NCBI GenBank assembly: GCA_017882785.1
Contig: JADGOV010000001.1
Coordinates: 481 to 64,480, forward strand
Source: Frankiaceae bacterium
GTDB lineage: Bacteria; Actinomycetota; Actinomycetes; JADGOV01
DNA length: 64,000 nucleotides
Reading direction: 5' to 3'
The notes beneath the pieces were generated by a model. That model was given only the letters and a program-made list of their open reading frames with translations, searched no databases and was not told where the DNA came from. Shown in pieces: positions 26,855-39,972 of the stretch (the stretch's first letter is position 1; each line of letters opens with the position of its first letter). Made by a program: the position numbers and the translations under genes.

Positions 26855-27009
26855 TCAGACTCCATTTCGATGTACCTGGACCTGATTGGACGAAAACTAT
26901 CGCAATCACGGCGATGAGGTGTGGAGCATCGGTCAACCGACGTCGGGCGCACGCTCACTCAGGAACCGGCTGTCCGGGATGCGACGATGCCAGGGTGCAC
27001 CACATTCGG

Positions 27010-28548
27010 ATGGATGTCGCGGTCGCAGCCTGCAACCGATTGGCGGCGGCTGCCGCGGTGCGACTGGGCGAAATGGGCGGCAATGCCGTCGACGCCGCGC
27101 TCGCGGCCGCCTTCGTCTCCCAGGTCAGCGAGCCGGGGATCTGCGCACTGACCGGCGCTGCCTACCTCACCGTGGGTCGACCCGGCGAGGACCCGGTGAC
27201 CGTCGACGGGGGGGTCGCCATGCCGGGGATCGGGCTGGCCGAGGATCGCTTCGGACGGGGCGTCGAGTCGGTCTGGATGGAGTACGGCGGCGGGGTCAGC
27301 GCCACTGTGGGGTACGGGTCGGTGGCCACACCGGGAGCCGTGGCGGCCTACGCCGCTGCGCACCGCCGCTTCGGTCGGGTGCCCTGGGCCGAGGTGGTGG
27401 AACCCGCCGTCGAGGTGGCCCGGGAGGGTTTTCCGCTCGGTCACGCCTCGGCCTACTACCTGGCCTACGTCCACGAGTCGATCTTCGGACGGTCGCCGGA
27501 CAGCCACCGGGCGCTACACGATGAGACGGGCGCATTGCTCGCCGAGGGCTCGCCCGTGCGCGTTCCGCACCTGGCCGGCTCCCTGGAGATGATCGCCAAG
27601 GAGGGCGCGGCCGCGTTGTACACCGGCGAGTTGGCAGACTGCGTCGTCGCCGACATGGCCGCGCACGACGGGTTGCTCACCGCCGCCGATCTCGCGGTCT
27701 ACCGGCCGGCGGTCCGCCCTGCGCTGCGGGTCAGTGCCGGCGGTTGGCAGTTCGGTACGAACCCGCCCCCGGCGATCGGCGGCGCTGTCCTGGCGGCCAT
27801 GCTCACCTTGATGGCCGGCCACCCGGGAGGGCCGTGGAGCCCGGCGGACCTCGCCCACATGGTGGCGGTGCAGGAGGTCGTCCTGCGCCATCGCCGTGAC
27901 CGCCTGGACACCGCCGTCGACCGCGGTGCGGCAGCACGTGAGCTGTTGGCCCTGGTGGCGACCGGGGATCCGGTGGCCTGGGAGGCGCCTTCGACCCTGA
28001 ACGTGTCCGTCGTCGACGCCGAGGGCAACGCCTGTGCGGTCACCGCCTCCGACGGCTACGGGTCGGGCGTGATGGTGCCGGGCACCGGATTGTGGTTGAA
28101 CAGCGCGCTAGGGGAGCCGGAACTCAACCCGCACGGTCTGCACGCGCTCACCCCAGGTGATCGGCTCGCCTCCAACATGGCACCGACCGTGGGCCGACGG
28201 CCGGACGGGGCGGTGCTGGCAGTCGGCTCGCCAGGGGCGGATCGGATCACTACTGCGCTCCTACAGGTGCTCGCCGGTTTCACCAGCGGCGGGTTGTCCC
28301 TCGACGCGGCCATCCGCTGGCCCCGGCTGCACGTGCGCGTCAGCGCGGACGGACCCGTCGTGGAGCACGAGGAGGACCTGAAACTGCCGCCGATTGAGCT
28401 GCCGACCCGCGCCCACCACCCGCTGGCGATGTATTTCGGCGGCGTCGGGGCGGCCCTGTCCGAGCCCGACGGGCTGCTCACCGCCGCGGGCGATCCGCGC
28501 CGATCTGCGGCGGTCGCGATCAGTGATCGGAAGCACTCGCAGAATTAG
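27010..28548 (+). CDS. Gamma-glutamyltransferase family protein
   Basis: N-terminal 'GGNAVDAALAAAF' and an Ntn-hydrolase catalytic segment ('APTVGRRPDGAVLAVGSPGADRITTALLQVL'). No signal peptide. Start taken at ATG 27010. Confidence 0.8.
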   Translation: MDVAVAACNRLAAAAAVRLGEMGGNAVDAALAAAFVSQVSEPGICALTGAAYLTVGRPGEDPVTVDGGVAMPGIGLAEDRFGRGVESVWMEYGGGVSATVGYGSVATPGAVAAYAAAHRRFGRVPWAEVVEPAVEVAREGFPLGHASAYYLAYVHESIFGRSPDSHRALHDETGALLAEGSPVRVPHLAGSLEMIAKEGAAALYTGELADCVVADMAAHDGLLTAADLAVYRPAVRPALRVSAGGWQFGTNPPPAIGGAVLAAMLTLMAGHPGGPWSPADLAHMVAVQEVVLRHRRDRLDTAVDRGAAARELLALVATGDPVAWEAPSTLNVSVVDAEGNACAVTASDGYGSGVMVPGTGLWLNSALGEPELNPHGLHALTPGDRLASNMAPTVGRRPDGAVLAVGSPGADRITTALLQVLAGFTSGGLSLDAAIRWPRLHVRVSADGPVVEHEEDLKLPPIELPTRAHHPLAMYFGGVGAALSEPDGLLTAAGDPRRSAAVAISDRKHSQN

Positions 28549-28575
28549 GGCGGGTGGGCCTCGCGCGGCGTCAGC

Positions 28576-29811
28576 TCAGACCCCGCTCGCGCTCAGCGGC
28601 CGCTCCGTTCGGGGTGCGGGCAGTGCCGCCTCCTGCAGGCAGCGGACCAGCCGCGCGACGACGAGGAGGCCAGCCGCGCCGAGGACGGCGACGACGGTGC
28701 AGGGGTTGACGACCTGGGCCAGCAGCCCGGCGACGACGAGGGCGAGTCCCTGTCCGACATACATCCCGGACTGCACCACCCCGAAGGCCCGACCGCGCAG
28801 CTGTGCCGGTACGGCCGCCACGAAGGCGGCGTTGGCGGGCAGGTTGTAGGCCGAGCCCAGGCCGGAGAGCGCCAGCAGTGCGAGCAGCGCCGGCAGCGAC
28901 GGGTGCACTGCGACCATCACCAGCGGCGCCATGCTGAGCACCGCCAGCGGCGTCATCCAGTGCAGTCGACGGGCCGGTTCCAGCCGGGAGATGAGCACTG
29001 AGCCGGCAATGGTGCCCGCCGGATTGGCCGCCATCAGCAGTCCGACTGCCAGCGGCCCGGCGTGCGTCGTTGCGGCCAGCGGCGCGGCCAGTCCCTCGGG
29101 CGCGACGTAGAACGTGCACAGCCACGCCAAGCCGGCAAGCGCCCGTAGGCGCGAGGAGCCGAACACGAGGCGAACCCCGCCCGCGAGGTCGGGCCCCCCG
29201 AGGCTGGCGGCTCTCCGGTGCGCCGCCGGTCGCGGGCGTAGGCCCAGCACGAGAATCAACGCCGAGAGCAGGAAGGTGGCCGCGTCCAGCAGCAGGGCCC
29301 CGGGGGCGTGCAGCAACAGGACCAGCGCGCCGCCGAGGGCGAATCCGAGGAGTTGGGCCACCTCGCGGGTGATGTTCGTGATGGCGCTGGCGAGCACGTA
29401 GCGATCGTCGGGCAGGATGTCGGGCAACAGGGCCGCACGGGCGGCGGCGAACGGCGGCTCGAACAACTCCGCGATGAAGATGAGCGCCAGCAGCGCGGCG
29501 ATGGGGATCCGGGGGAGTGCCATGAGGCTCAGCAGTCCGGCCCGAGCCAGGTCGGTGCAGATCATCACCCGACGACGCGGAAAGCGATCTGCCATCGCGG
29601 CCAGCAGCGGTCCGCCCACCAGCCAGGGCAGGAACGTGACGGCATAGGCGACGGCGCTCAGGCCCGGTGACCTGGTGCGTTGGAAGACGAGAATGGCCAC
29701 TGCCACCCGGGCCAGTTGATCGCCGATGAGTGAGAGCGCCTGGGCTGCCCACAGGGCGCGGAACTCGCCGACGACCGAAACCTGTCGGAAGGTTGCGGCC
29801 CGCCCATCCAT
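28576..29811 (-). CDS. MFS transporter (EntS/enterobactin-exporter-like family)
   Basis: 12 TM helices; 'FRALWAAQALSLIGDQLARVAVAILVF' N-terminus. Start chosen at the ATG of 'MDGRAATF'. Confidence 0.8.
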   Translation of the reverse strand: MDGRAATFRQVSVVGEFRALWAAQALSLIGDQLARVAVAILVFQRTRSPGLSAVAYAVTFLPWLVGGPLLAAMADRFPRRRVMICTDLARAGLLSLMALPRIPIAALLALIFIAELFEPPFAAARAALLPDILPDDRYVLASAITNITREVAQLLGFALGGALVLLLHAPGALLLDAATFLLSALILVLGLRPRPAAHRRAASLGGPDLAGGVRLVFGSSRLRALAGLAWLCTFYVAPEGLAAPLAATTHAGPLAVGLLMAANPAGTIAGSVLISRLEPARRLHWMTPLAVLSMAPLVMVAVHPSLPALLALLALSGLGSAYNLPANAAFVAAVPAQLRGRAFGVVQSGMYVGQGLALVVAGLLAQVVNPCTVVAVLGAAGLLVVARLVRCLQEAALPAPRTERPLSASGV

Positions 29812-30014
29812 GGCATGCGGCCCTTCATCGCCCTGGTCGCGCACTGTAGCGCTTCCGATACACACAGTGATATTCCCGGAGACATCTAGGCACAGTGCGT
29901 CAGTCGGGCGTAACGTTACGTCCAGATCTTGTTGTGCGGCATGCGAACGCCTCCCTTCGTACACATCCCACTGGCGGGTGGTGAGAAAATAGAAAGCGCT
30001 TCAAGATCTGATAA

Positions 30015-30050
30015 GCGACGATGCGACGAGCCCATTCGTCGCACCGTCGC
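30015..30050. promoter_or_regulatory. Strong 15-bp-stem hairpin (gcgacgatgcgacga-gcccat-tcgtcgcaccgtcgc) inside the AT-rich 360-bp leader of the GGDEF-EAL gene
   Basis: 14 of 15 positions are complementary. Followed by the perfect palindrome tcagtttactga (30051-30062) and an AT-rich stretch unusual for this genome. Confidence 0.5.
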
Positions 30051-30169
30051 TCAGTTTACTGACGCGTGCCTATCTTTCTTCTCGTTCTTTCACTTGCGTG
30101 GATTTCCTCCGGCACACTTTGCGGTACGCACGCGGCAGAATGTTGGGACGTCCCAGCCGGGAGGTCACC

Positions 30170-32675
30170 GGTGAACTCATGCACGTCGTCCGTCGGTGTC
30201 GGCCACCGGCTGGTGCCGCACGGGCCGCGCCGCGGGTGGCTGGTACTGCTCGGTCTCGGCGGCGCCCTACTGGCGCTTGTCCCTGCGTTTCTGCTGCACC
30301 ACCACGACGTCTATTCCGTCCGCAATGGCAGCGGTATATATCGGGCAATTGAGCTCACTGCCGGGATCGCGATCATTGTCGGAGCAAATAGATTGCCCCT
30401 GCACCTGCAATTTCGGGGCAATCGCATGGCCCATGTGTGGGGCGAAGTAGCCCTTGTTCTCGGCCTCGCGTACGCCCATCTAGCCACGCTTCTCATGGCC
30501 ACTTTGATCGGTGGCCTCATCGCCCACCTCTCCGCGGGCCGCGGTCTGGTGAAGACCCTCTACAACGCCAGCACCGCCACCGTGGCCACCCTGCTTGCCG
30601 GCGGCCTGGTCGCCCTGCTCGGCTACACCCCGCCGCTGCACAACCAGGCGCCGCCCGTCGTCCCCTTGCTCGTCGCCTCGGTCTGTTTCTCCCTCTTCAA
30701 CGACTTGGCAATCTCGGCCGCGGTGGCCGCTGCGCAACGGGTGCCGGTCTGGGGTGTCCTGCGCGACGGCTTCTTCGTGCACCAGATCATGTGTCTGGCC
30801 AGTGGCGCCGTGGGTGTGGTGTTCGTACTGATCACCGGCGCGCACTTCGCCACCCTGCTGACGCTGCCGTTCGTAGCGCTCGGGCTCTACACCGCGCAGG
30901 CCGCCGGTTTGCGAATGGTGCAGGAGCGGGAGGCCTGGGAACGGCTGGACGCGGCCACCCGGGAGCTCAACCAACTCAACCACTCCGCAGTGATCGAGAC
31001 CGCCGTCACCCGAGCCGCCCAGCTCTTCCGCAGTGACGCGGTGGAACTGTTGCTCGACCGTGGCCGCGGGCTGACGCAGGTGGCGGTCGTCGGCTCGGAA
31101 TCAGTGTGTCGAGATCGGGCGGACAGCGTTGTCAGCAGGCCCCTCTCGGCGACCGGGGTCCAGGTCGGGGAGCTGCGGCTGTGCTATCGGTCGCCCGTCC
31201 TGCTCAGCGAGCGAGAGTCCTGGGCACTGTCGACCTTCAGCCACGCGGTCACCGCCGCGTTGCTCAACTCCCAGCTCTATGAGGAACTGCACCACCACGC
31301 GGAGCAGAAGACTCACGAGGCCTCACACGACGCACTGACGGGCCTGGCCAACCGGGCGGTGTTGAGCAGCCGCGGCGAGGACATGCTGGAGGCGACGATC
31401 CGCCAGGACCGATACGCCGCGTTGTTCCTCGTCGACCTCGATCACTTCAAGCAGGTCAACGACACGCTGGGTCACGACGTCGGGGACGAGTTGTTGCGGG
31501 CGGTGGCCCAGCGGCTGGTCGGCGGTGTCCGCCGCTCCGACCTGGTCGTGCGGCTCGGCGGCGACGAGTTCGCGCTGCTGTTGCCGGACCTCGGCAGCGA
31601 CGCCGACGTGACCGCCGCTTCGACCAGCGTGCGCAGCGCCTTGGCCGGGCCGGTCACGGTGGACGGGTTCGTCGTCCCCCTCGAGGCCAGCATGGGAGTG
31701 GCCTGCGCGCCCACCGACGGGACGACCGTACGGGACCTGTTGCGCTGCGCCGACGCTGCCATGTACCGGGCGAAGGGTGCGCCGCGCTCCCTGCGCCGGT
31801 ATCCCACGCCGGGCCGCAGCCCGCTGGCCGAGCGGCAGCCACGGGGGAGCGGCCGGCCGACGGTGGTCAGCGAGCTGCATCCGGCGCTGCACCACGGGGA
31901 GCTCGTGGTGCACTTCCAGCCCAAGGTGGACCTTCGAACCGGAGCGACGCTGGGTGCGGAGGCGCTGGCGAGGTGGCGCACGCCGGATGACACCCTGCTG
32001 CGGGCCGCCGACTTCGTGCCGGTGATCGAGGCCTCATGCATGGTCGGCGGCTTCGCCCGGCAGGTTCTCGACCTTGCCCTGGCCGCGGCCGCCACCTGGG
32101 GTGGGACGTGTTCGGATGCCTCCGTGGCGGTCAATCTCTCCGCCCGCGACCTGCTGGATCGCACGTTGCCGGGGGACGTGGCGACGGCACTGGCGCGCTA
32201 TCCGGTCGCCCCGAACCGACTCATCCTGGAGATCACCGAGACCGTGATGATGCGCCAGCTGGACGTGGTCGACGACGTGCTGGCCGACCTGCGTGGCATC
32301 GGCGTGCAGCTGTCGGTGGACGACTTCGGTACCGGGTTCTCCTCGCTGACCTTCCTGTCTCACGTCGACGTCGATGAAGTCAAGATCGACCAGTCGTTCG
32401 TCTCCCGCATGCTGACCAACCCGGTGGACGCCACGCTGGTCGACACCCTCCTCGGCCTCGGCCGCCGTCTTGGCCTGCGGGTGGTTGCCGAGGGTGTGGA
32501 GAACAGCCGCCAGCGGGACCATCTGCTCGCTATGGGATGTGAGTCCGCTCAGGGCTACTTCCTCGGTCCACCGATGCCCTCCATCGAGCTGGAACGCACG
32601 CTGCTGCTGCCCGGCAGCCAGCCGCCGCGCCCGCGGCGGGCCCACGCGCAGCCGCAGGCCATCCGGCTGCCCTGA
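30170..32675 (+). CDS. Multi-TM sensor with GGDEF and EAL domains (c-di-GMP signalling)
   Basis: About 7 N-terminal TM helices and a GAF-like linker. GGDEF domain ('RLGGDEFALLL') and EAL domain ('LSVDDFGTGFSSLTFLSH...KIDQSFV'). GTG start at 30170 proposed; the ORF-track start is 30066. Confidence 0.9.
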
Positions 32676-32834
32676 GATCAGCGCCCTTCAGCGGGCGACA
32701 CGCCGATCACGAATCCACGCCGGGGAGTCTTGCCGCGCGAAAAGTGGGTATGTTGCGTCCCGCTGATCCTCGGATGCGGACCGCCTCCCGGATCGCACTG
32801 GCTGTGCGACTTCGACGTGGAAGGAGAACGGCTC

Positions 32835-34154
32835 GTGCCCGAGATCGCAAGCGCACATCTCCGCGCCACACCCAGCAGGCCGGGGGGGTCTCGACGGCGG
32901 GCCGGCGCGGCCGCCGCTGCCGTGGCCGGGGCGATGGTGCTGGCCGCCTGTGGCTCGGGGGGCTCCAGCAGCAGCGGCGGCAAACCGACGATCAACTTCT
33001 ACAGCTTCCCGGACGGCTCAGGAGCCGTGCAGCAGGCCGTCGACACCTGCAGCAAGGCCAGCGGCGGACGCTACACGATCAAGTACAACAAGCTGCCCAA
33101 CGACGCCGACGGCCAGCGCCAGCAACTCGTGCGCCGGCTCGCGGCACACGACAAGGCGATGGACATCCTCGGCTTGGACGTCACCTGGGCCCCCGAGTTC
33201 GCCGAGGCCGGCTGGATCCGGGAGTGGACGGGTGCGAACAAGCAGAAGGCGTCCGAAGGCACGCTCAAGGTGCCGTTGGAGACCGCGACCTGGAAGGGCA
33301 AGCTCTACGCCGTCCCCTACAACAGCAACACCCAACTGCTGTGGTACCGGTCGGATCTCGTGCCGACGCCGCCGAAGACGTGGGATGAGATGCTCGCGAT
33401 GTCGGCGAAGCTGAAGAAGGAGCACAAGCCGTCCCTCATCCAGATCCAGGGCAAGCAGTACGAGGGGGTCGTGGTCTGGTTCAACAGCCTGTTGGCCAGT
33501 GCTGGCGGCAGCGTGCTCAACCCGGACGCAACCAAGGTGGAACTCGGCCCGCCCGCCGTCCAGGCGTTGACGATCATGAAGCGGGTGGCCACGTCCCCAG
33601 GCGCCGACCCCTCCCTCGCTGTTCAGCAGGAGGACCAGAACCGGCTCGCCATGGAGGCCGGTACCTCCGCCTTCGAGCTCAACTACCCCTTCGTGTATCC
33701 GTCCATGAAGGAGAACCAGCCGAAGCTGTTCAAGAACTTCAAGTGGGCGCTCTACCCGCGGGTGAAGCCCGATGTGCCGAGCCGGGTGACCATCGGCGGC
33801 ATCAACATGGCGATCAGCTCCTACTCGCGGCATCCCGACCTGGCCTTCGAGGCGGCGCTGTGCATGCGGAACCGGGAGAACCAGAAGATCGCGGCGAACA
33901 AGGGCGGCCTGCCGCCCACGCTGTCTGCCCTGTACGACGACCCGTCGTTGCAGGCCGCGTACCCGTTCCGCAAGGACATCCAGACCGCCCTGAACAACGC
34001 CAGCGTGCGCCCAATGACCCCGGCCTACCAGAACCTGTCGATCGTCATCTCCAAGCTGGTGTCCCCACCGTCCAAGATCAACCCACCGAGCACGGAGAAG
34101 TCCATGAAGAGCCAACTCGAGGACGCCCTGGCTTCCAAGGGGCTGGTCCCATGA
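32835..34154 (+). CDS. Carbohydrate ABC transporter substrate-binding lipoprotein (family 1 SBP)
   Basis: GTG at 32835 with an AAGGAGAA RBS. Signal peptide and lipobox 'VLAAC'. Followed by two permeases and an ATPase. Confidence 0.8.
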   Translation: MPEIASAHLRATPSRPGGSRRRAGAAAAAVAGAMVLAACGSGGSSSSGGKPTINFYSFPDGSGAVQQAVDTCSKASGGRYTIKYNKLPNDADGQRQQLVRRLAAHDKAMDILGLDVTWAPEFAEAGWIREWTGANKQKASEGTLKVPLETATWKGKLYAVPYNSNTQLLWYRSDLVPTPPKTWDEMLAMSAKLKKEHKPSLIQIQGKQYEGVVVWFNSLLASAGGSVLNPDATKVELGPPAVQALTIMKRVATSPGADPSLAVQQEDQNRLAMEAGTSAFELNYPFVYPSMKENQPKLFKNFKWALYPRVKPDVPSRVTIGGINMAISSYSRHPDLAFEAALCMRNRENQKIAANKGGLPPTLSALYDDPSLQAAYPFRKDIQTALNNASVRPMTPAYQNLSIVISKLVSPPSKINPPSTEKSMKSQLEDALASKGLVP

Positions 34155-35086
34155 GCCAGGCCACGACCACGGTCGCCGCGGAAACCGCTCCACCGGCCGG
34201 CCGGAAGCAGCTGTCCGAGGGGGCGAAGGCCGATCGACGGCTCGGCTGGAGCCTCTGTGCGCCAGCGGTCATCGTCATGATCGCGGTAACCGCGTATCCG
34301 ATCGCCTATGCCATCTACCTGTCGTTTCAACGCTACGACCTGCGCTTTCCCAGCCAGGCCAAGTTCATCGGGTTGGACAACTACATAGCCGTGCTGAGCT
34401 CGCCGTTCTGGTGGCAGGCACTGAAGGTGACCCTGATCATCACCGTCTTCTCGGTGATCATCGAACTCGTGCTGGGCATGGGCCTCGCCATGGTCATGCA
34501 CCGCACGATCTTCGGCCGGGGTACTGTCCGCACCTCGATTCTGGTGCCGTACGGCATCGTCACCGTGGCCGCGGCCTTCAGCTGGCAGTACGCCTGGACC
34601 CCGGACACCGGCTACCTGGCGGCGATCTTCGGCAACGGTGCGCCGTTGACCAAGACCGTGCCGGCGATCGCGATCGTCATCCTGGCCGAGGTGTGGAAGA
34701 CCACGCCGTTCATGGCGCTGCTGCTCATGGCCGGTCTGGCCCTGGTGCCGGAGGATCTGCAGAAGGCCGGCATGGTCGACGGGGCCACGGCCTGGCAGCG
34801 CTTCACCAGGATCACGCTCCCGCTGATGAAGCCGGCCATTCTGGTGGCCCTGCTGTTCCGAACGCTGGACGCCTTCCGGATCTTCGACAACATCTTCGTG
34901 TTGACCGGCGGCGGCAACAACACCGGCTCGGTGTCGATCCTGGGTTACCACAACCTCTTCAACGCACTCAACATGGGCATCGGGTCGGCGATCTCCATTC
35001 TGATCTTCATCTGCGTGGCGATCATTGCCTTCCTGTTCATCAAGGGATTCGGCGCGGCCGCGCCCGGCACGGAGGGGAAGCGCTGA
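34151..35086 (+). CDS. Carbohydrate ABC transporter permease (MalF/UgpA-like)
   Basis: 6 TM helices with the EAA-type loop ('[24 protein letters not shown]'). Start overlaps the SBP stop (ATGA). Confidence 0.85.
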   Translation: MSQATTTVAAETAPPAGRKQLSEGAKADRRLGWSLCAPAVIVMIAVTAYPIAYAIYLSFQRYDLRFPSQAKFIGLDNYIAVLSSPFWWQALKVTLIITVFSVIIELVLGMGLAMVMHRTIFGRGTVRTSILVPYGIVTVAAAFSWQYAWTPDTGYLAAIFGNGAPLTKTVPAIAIVILAEVWKTTPFMALLLMAGLALVPEDLQKAGMVDGATAWQRFTRITLPLMKPAILVALLFRTLDAFRIFDNIFVLTGGGNNTGSVSILGYHNLFNALNMGIGSAISILIFICVAIIAFLFIKGFGAAAPGTEGKR

Positions 35087-35916
35087 TGGCTAGCACCACG
35101 CGGGAGAAGGTCGGCTGGGGAACAGCCAACACTCTGATCGTCGTGCTGGCCCTGGTGCCGGTGCTGTGGATCATGTCGCTGTCCTTCAAGGACCCGACGA
35201 CCATCAGCGACGCCACCTTCTGGCCCAAGAAGTGGACCCTGGAGAACTACCGCGGCATCTTCGACACCTCCGAGTTCACCCGAGCCTTGCTCAACTCGAT
35301 CGGCATCGCGCTGATCTCGACGCTGATCGCGGTGGTCCTCGCCTCGATGGCGGCCTACGCGGTGGCCCGGCTGGACTTCCCCGGCAAGGGGCTGCTGATC
35401 GGCATGTCGCTGCTCATCGCCATGTTCCCGGCGATCTCGCTGGTCACTCCGCTGTTCAACATCGAACGTGCGCTGCACCTGTTCGACACCTGGCCAGGGT
35501 TGATCATCCCATATATCACCTTCGGTCTGCCGCTGGGCATCTACACGCTGTCGGCGTTCTTCCGGGAGATCCCGTGGGAGCTGGAGAAGGCGGCCAAGAT
35601 GGACGGCGCCACGCCGTTCCAGGCGTTCACCAAGGTCATCGCGCCGCTGGCGGCGCCCGGCATGTTCACCACCGCGATCCTGGTGTTCATCTTCTGCTGG
35701 AACGACTTCCTGTTCGCCATTTCGCTCACGTCGACTACGCGGGCGCGCACCGTGCCGGCCGCAATGGGGTTCTTCACCGGTAGCTCGCAGTTCACCGCGG
35801 TGACGGGCTCGATCGCCGCCGCGGCCGTCATCATCACCATTCCCATCATCCTGTTCGTGCTGTTCTTTCAGCGCCGCATCGTCGCCGGACTCACCTCCGG
35901 TGCCGTCAAGGGTTAG
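35086..35916 (+). CDS. Carbohydrate ABC transporter permease (MalG/UgpE-like)
   Basis: 6 TM helices with EAA loop '[23 protein letters not shown]'. Start overlaps the previous stop (TGATG). Confidence 0.85.
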   Translation: MASTTREKVGWGTANTLIVVLALVPVLWIMSLSFKDPTTISDATFWPKKWTLENYRGIFDTSEFTRALLNSIGIALISTLIAVVLASMAAYAVARLDFPGKGLLIGMSLLIAMFPAISLVTPLFNIERALHLFDTWPGLIIPYITFGLPLGIYTLSAFFREIPWELEKAAKMDGATPFQAFTKVIAPLAAPGMFTTAILVFIFCWNDFLFAISLTSTTRARTVPAAMGFFTGSSQFTAVTGSIAAAAVIITIPIILFVLFFQRRIVAGLTSGAVKG

Positions 35917-35925
35917 GAGCCGGCT

Positions 35926-37143
35926 GTGGCCGACATCGTCTTGGACAACATCACCAAGCGCTACCCGGACGGCGCACTCGCCGTCGACAAGGTCAACATG
36001 GAGATCGCTGACGGCGAGTTCGTCATCCTGGTCGGGCCCTCCGGATGCGGGAAGTCGACGACGCTCAACATGATCGCCGGACTGGAGGACATCACCGAGG
36101 GTGAACTGCGCATCGGCGGCCAGGTGGTGAACAACAAGGCCCCGAAGGATCGGGACATTGCGATGGTGTTCCAGAGCTACGCCCTCTACCCGCACATGAC
36201 CGTCCGGGAGAACATGGCCTTCGCGCTCAAGCTGGCCAAGACTCCGAAGGCGACGATCGATGAGAAGGTCAACGAGGCCGCCCGGGTTCTCGAGCTGACC
36301 CAGCACCTGGACCGCAAGCCGGCGAACCTCTCCGGTGGTCAGCGCCAGCGGGTGGCGATGGGACGCTGCATCGTCCGGGACCCCTCCGCCTTCCTCATGG
36401 ACGAGCCCCTGTCCAACCTCGACGCCAAGCTGCGGGTGCAGATGCGCACCCAGGTCTCCCGGCTACAGAGGCGGCTGGGGACGACCATGGTCTACGTCAC
36501 CCACGACCAGACCGAGGCGATGACCCTGGGGGACCGGGTGGCGGTAATGCGCGGTGGGCTGCTGCTCCAGGTCGGTCCGCCGCAGGCGCTCTACGAGGAC
36601 CCAGCCGACCTCTTCGTCGCCGGCTTCATCGGCTCCCCGGCGATGAATTTCATGCCCGCCCGCCTGGAGGAGAACGCAATACGCACCAAGTTGGGCGACA
36701 TCCCGCTCGCAGGAGAGGTCCGCCAGGCGCTGGAGCAGGGCGGGGCCGGTCGCGAGGTGATCTTCGGGGTGCGTCCGGAGGCATTCGAGGACGCTGACCT
36801 GGTAAATGCCGACGTGCGTGATGCCGGCATCCCCTTCTCCGCCGCGATCGACGTCGTCGAGTCGATGGGCTCGGACGTCTTCGCCTACTTCACCCTCGAA
36901 GGGGACCGGGCCACGAGCGCTGAGCTCGAGGAACTCGCCAAGGACTCCGGAGGTGCCGACATGAGCGGGGAGGGGACCCAGGTCGTGGCCCGGCTGGACG
37001 CCGCCACCAAGGTCCGGGAAGGGGAGAGCGCCCAGCTGTGGGTGGACAGCCGCTCCATCCACGTCTTCGACCCCAAGACGGGGGAGAACCTGACCCGGGG
37101 TCGCAGAAACCGCGACAGCGGTGCTCAGCGGACCGCCGTTTGA
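35926..37143 (+). CDS. ABC transporter ATP-binding protein (MalK/MsiK-type with C-terminal TOBE-like domain)
   Basis: Walker A 'GPSGCGKST', signature '[13 protein letters not shown]' and Walker B '[11 protein letters not shown]'. 405 aa. Confidence 0.9.
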   Translation: MADIVLDNITKRYPDGALAVDKVNMEIADGEFVILVGPSGCGKSTTLNMIAGLEDITEGELRIGGQVVNNKAPKDRDIAMVFQSYALYPHMTVRENMAFALKLAKTPKATIDEKVNEAARVLELTQHLDRKPANLSGGQRQRVAMGRCIVRDPSAFLMDEPLSNLDAKLRVQMRTQVSRLQRRLGTTMVYVTHDQTEAMTLGDRVAVMRGGLLLQVGPPQALYEDPADLFVAGFIGSPAMNFMPARLEENAIRTKLGDIPLAGEVRQALEQGGAGREVIFGVRPEAFEDADLVNADVRDAGIPFSAAIDVVESMGSDVFAYFTLEGDRATSAELEELAKDSGGADMSGEGTQVVARLDAATKVREGESAQLWVDSRSIHVFDPKTGENLTRGRRNRDSGAQRTAV

Positions 37144-37607
37144 CGCACGTCGAGCCCCCGGGCGCGCAGTGCGTCCTCGACCCGGAAGGTCTCGGCGACG
37201 GAGATGTCATCGCCGGGACCTCGGGCGGGTGGAGTCACCTCCAGTGCCGAACACGCGCTGACAAGTGCATCGGCGTAGGCCGCTCGCAGCGCACGCAACC
37301 GAACGCTGCGGCCGACTTCCGGGGACTGCTCCTCGTAGTCGGCGAGTGTCCGCCGCAGCCGCCGCGCGTCCCGCGCGATCTGCTCGATCGGCCGTGGGGC
37401 CGCCACCGGCGGACGCCGCCGATGATGAAGCCAACGCACCAGCCGGACGCCGCCCAGCACCGCACCAGCGAGCAGGGTCGGTAGCAGCATCGCCGTGGCA
37501 AGTCCGATGGCGTTCCACACGCCTGCATCCTCCCCCCGGCATGACGCCGGCTCAAGTGCCGGCGCGAAGACGCTGTGTCCCGCTCGGTAGGTGAGCCGGA
37601 GCTGCAC
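37125..37607 (-). CDS. Hypothetical protein, N-terminally membrane-anchored (true start may be internal, around 37490)
   Basis: ORF-track entry only. One predicted TM helix ('[18 protein letters not shown]') followed by an Arg-rich soluble region. Its 3' end overlaps the convergent ATPase gene by 19 nt. No recognisable family. Confidence 0.35.
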   Translation of the reverse strand: MQLRLTYRAGHSVFAPALEPASCRGEDAGVWNAIGLATAMLLPTLLAGAVLGGVRLVRWLHHRRRPPVAAPRPIEQIARDARRLRRTLADYEEQSPEVGRSVRLRALRAAYADALVSACSALEVTPPARGPGDDISVAETFRVEDALRARGLDVRQTAVR

Positions 37608-37791
37608 CGCCGGCTCGGCCTCCTCGACCTGGAGCAGAAGGTCCGCCTCCTGACCGGGGCGGACTTCGGACCTGTCGGCGGGGCGCTCGTGCAGGTCCGG
37701 ATCCGCAACTGCGGTGCCCTCCCCGGTCGGGAGGTCGTTCAGTTCTGACCGTCAGTGTGGAGGTGCTAGCGGGGTGACTCCGATGTCCGCC

Positions 37792-39956
<2,165 letters not shown>

Positions 39957-39972
39957 GTCGTACCCTGGCGCT

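Noticed and set aside
29929-30174. 81-aa ORF inside the AT-rich leader of the GGDEF-EAL gene
   Set aside because: No RBS, odd composition, and it coincides with the hairpin and palindrome. Better explained as a non-coding regulatory leader.
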